Assembly (NCBI GenBank): GCA_977016875.1
Contig: CDRNST010000056.1
Location: 806,001 to 870,000, forward strand
Source: Pavona decussata
Lineage: Eukaryota
DNA length: 64,000 nucleotides
Reading direction: 5' to 3'
This document shows positions 60,926 to 64,000 of this stretch, in pieces. The stretch's first letter is position 1. Every line of letters starts with the position of its first letter. A model generated the notes under the pieces. That model did no database searches. It saw nothing but the letters and a program-made list of their open reading frames with translations, and had not been told where the DNA came from. The position numbers and the translations under genes were made by a program.

Positions 60926-62272
60926 TTATTATATATTGTATTTAGGATGCAAGGCTGTTGCCTAGCAGGTTTCCGGTAGTCTGGGACACCCAAGGTACTG
61001 TTTTTGGTGCCCAGTAAATGTTTTTCCTAACATTTAACTTTTCTCAGGCTGGGCTCATAACTTCTCAGTTTTTGGCCTTGTGGGCTCCTTTAAATTTTTC
61101 TAAGGCAGAAGCCTTGAAATTTATTCACAAAATTCACAATATGAACACTATAATTGGAGTATCAAAAGATTCAACTTCATTTTTCTTATTTAAAATTAAA
61201 GTAAATATTCAAGACATACTGTCAGAAGAACAGCTTCTTTAGTAGACAAGTATTAAAATATTTGGTCATTGTAATATATATTCTTAGTCAATTATAGTAC
61301 TTCATTTATAAGGTATCTGCACCTTAAAGTAAATGTGATGCACAATTTGCTATCACATGTGAAATATAGACCACTTTTTTCAGATTTTTGTTTTATCCTA
61401 CTATTATTTGGCAAGAATAATAATCAAACAAATGACAAGTTTGTTTACCTTTAACACTTCCCTTCTCATTTCTTGTTGTGTGCAGGGAATCTTTGGGCTG
61501 TGCAAAAAAAAAAAGCAAAAACAATTAGGGTTTGCAAACAGATCAGTTCCAAAAACTTTTTCAAAAACTAAAGTATTATAAACATAAATCAGTGCAGACA
61601 TACCTGATCGACGGATGTAGGTTGTGAAACATTTGGAGGTGGCTTCGACTGCAAAACATGCACTTGGATTTTATCCTTGTGTTCAATGTTTTGAACGGTA
61701 ACATCGACCCACTCCCCCCAGTCTTCTTCATACTTTTGGAAAATTATCCGTGCTTCACTGTCCAGGCTAAAACACTCTTTAACTTTTACAGCAACATCTT
61801 CATTTTGATGAAGGTCAAGAACCTTACGGCTTTCTTCGTATTGAAATAAAACCTGTAGGAAATCAAAGAAGAGAACAGCTCATGACCTGACCTTTCCGCA
61901 TCATTACCCATGCATACCATTTGAATTTCAATGGAAATTAAATGTAAATAATACATCCAAACAATAGAAAACAAATTACTTGATTCAGATTGAATATCAA
62001 TTGCAGTGGATGGTAAAGTAAAAGCATGATATGCGTGGATTCAAACCACTGTTACGTACCTTTCTTTCGCCTTCCGCCATCTTGGAAGTTCCATGTGAAG
62101 TACTAGTGCCCAGTTCCACTCTTGCCCGAGGTGGGGACGGGAACCGCGGTCGAAAACAGTCAAATGCACCACCCCCAGGGGACAGCTTGTTGTTCAAAAG
62201 TGATTCGATGCCCCTATTTTCCCCCACCCTTCCCCGGGACCTGGGGGGTGGGGGTTTCAATTGACTGGTGCA
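60926..62272 (-). mobile_element. Third copy of the Zator-like right end (TIR 62220-62272)
   Basis: Copy of 46858-48204. Confidence 0.92.
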
Positions 62273-63435
62273 TTACTGCCGGGTGCGGAGTGTTTTGAAA
62301 ATGATGTCCGGCAGTAACCAAAAACACGCAAATAATTTCCAAGTCTGATGATGCATAGAATGCGGAGCGGTCAGAGAAATCGACACAACAAATTCAGAAC
62401 TGTAATCGACAACTTCTTCGCGATGCAAACAAAAATAGCATTGCATAAATAGACTATTTTGCGTGCAAAGACCCGAAATTGAGAAATTATCGGACTGCCG
62501 GAGACGGAGTATTTTCAAAATCCTGTCCGGCTGCCGGACATCTAGACACAGCGTTTAATTAATACTAGTACTTCCAAGATCTCTGAGTGTGGGTATACTT
62601 AAAGTCAATATGAGCCAGAATTCGCAAAACTCTTTAGTGGCTTGTTACTTTAAATCATAATCGAACTTTGAACAAAGCAAAAACTTGCGGTTTTTTACCT
62701 TAAGTTTCTCATCTTTTGTGTCGCTTCTCATTACATCAACACTGACAACGTGCCCAAGATCCTTGTTATTCTTCTTCAAAAGTCTGTTACTTTTATGAAG
62801 GAATATCAATCCACGATTATCTTTGACGAAATGCCACCTGGTTTCGGTGGGAAGTAAATTGCGCGGAGCTTTAGGTGTATTGTTCTTGTTCATAACGTTG
62901 TTTTTTAAAATTCGAGATGCTCAACTGAAAGCCGCCGACCGTACAAAGAGTGACATTACTTATCGTACAGCCCACAACGTATTCCGGAAGTGGAATTGTC
63001 ACTCAGTTACTATCTTTATTTGCAAAAACATGCCAACGCAAACACGCAAAAAATTGCCTGAATTTTCCTCACGGAAACGAATAGCCTTGTTATTCTTCCT
63101 CAAAAGTCCGTTAGTTTATGAAGGAACATCAATCCTCGATTCATATGTCGATTATCTTTGACGAAATGCCACCTGGTTTTGGTGAGAAGTAAATTACGCG
63201 AAGGTTTAAGCGTATTTTTCTTGTTCACAATTTGAGATACTCAACTGAAAGCCTTATCGCCGCCAACCGTACAAAGAGTGATATCAATTCCGGAAGTGGA
63301 ATTGTCACTCACACTAGGTGATTAACAACACCGTTTGCTGTGAAGTTTTGAAGCACACTGTTGAAAGGCAATCAGTTTTATAGGATTGTAGCAATGTGGA
63401 TATGTCACTAAAAGAATTGTTCGCTTAAACTAAGC

Positions 63436-63879
63436 ATGTCGGCAAAACGAAAACAAACAGTTCAGTTTTCAAAGGACAGTGAAAAAAAAAACCACGCAAA
63501 TTATCTAACGAAAATGTACTTTCGAGAAGTCCTGCCACAAGTGATCTGTTTGATCTCGATGTGGACTCATCAGAGCCTGAACTTCTAAGCGACCTAAGCG
63601 ATACGGAAAAAACTTCCATTGACGAAAAGAACAAGGATAGAATACACCTCGGAAACCCCACAACGAGCGATCTCTTCGAACAAAGCAGTAATAACGATGA
63701 AGTCAGTCCTTGGCTGAACACAAGTGACATTTTTGAGCTACAAAATGCCAGTACAAGTGCCAGTGAAAAAGACTACCAAACTAAATGTGAAAGCATTGGA
63801 GGGGAGACAAATCAGAACGAATCAGATGACTTTGGATGTGTCTCTTTGGACCATTCAGATAATGAAGACGGAACAACAG
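63436..63879 (+). CDS. DBF4-like gene copy 3, exon 1 only (window ends in the intron)
   Basis: Copy 1 shifted by 14068. Confidence 0.75.
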
Positions 63880-64000
63880 GTAAGCAAACAACTTCATGCA
63901 ATCATTAATTGTTTTAGTTTCTGTTTCATACTTAGACTATACTTAAGTAGTCTTGGTTTATACTTAAGCTTATCTGCTTGAAAAGACTGTGCGCCTTACT

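Larger units (their letters stand above)
46858..64000. repeat. 7,034-bp head-to-tail tandem array (46858-53891, 53892-60925, 60926->64000)
   Basis: The ORF track repeats at +7034. The junction GAATTCCCAGATG|TTATTATATATTG is identical at 53891/2 and 60925/6. Only a few SNPs were seen between copies. Confidence 0.98.

Overview
AT-rich eukaryotic DNA with spliceosomal introns and almost no ordinary host genes. It is probably from a cnidarian such as a stony coral; this is inferred from repeat style only. The window is a nest of transposons, listed here from left to right. (1) A BEN-domain (pseudo)gene and an intact Sola-type DDD transposase ORF. (2) A broken CR1/L2 LINE. (3) A decayed EnSpm/CACTA element: subterminal satellite, multi-exon SAM-like gene and divergent transposase. 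(4) A spliced, pseudogenised beta-class N6A/N4C DNA-methyltransferase-like gene on the minus strand (~27.9-39.8 kb). It is interrupted by a 6.1-kb CACTA derivative carrying kinase and SAM cargo. (5) An apparently intact 7.75-kb Zator/TP36-like DNA transposon with 53-bp perfect TIRs and a TTA TSD. It encodes a 5-exon ORF1 (UBL-like plus NAB-NCD2-like) and, overlapping in the -1 frame at a slippery site, a DDE transposase with an ING-type PHD finger. (6) A near-identical 7,034-bp tandem array (2.4 copies visible). Each unit holds that element's right end, a truncated DBF4-like gene (motifs N and M, no motif C) and the 5' part of a second Sola-type transposase. Removing the nested insertions suggests an ancestral cassette [MTase <- -> DBF4-like -> Sola transposase]. 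All family calls come from motifs recognised by eye; no database searches were run.
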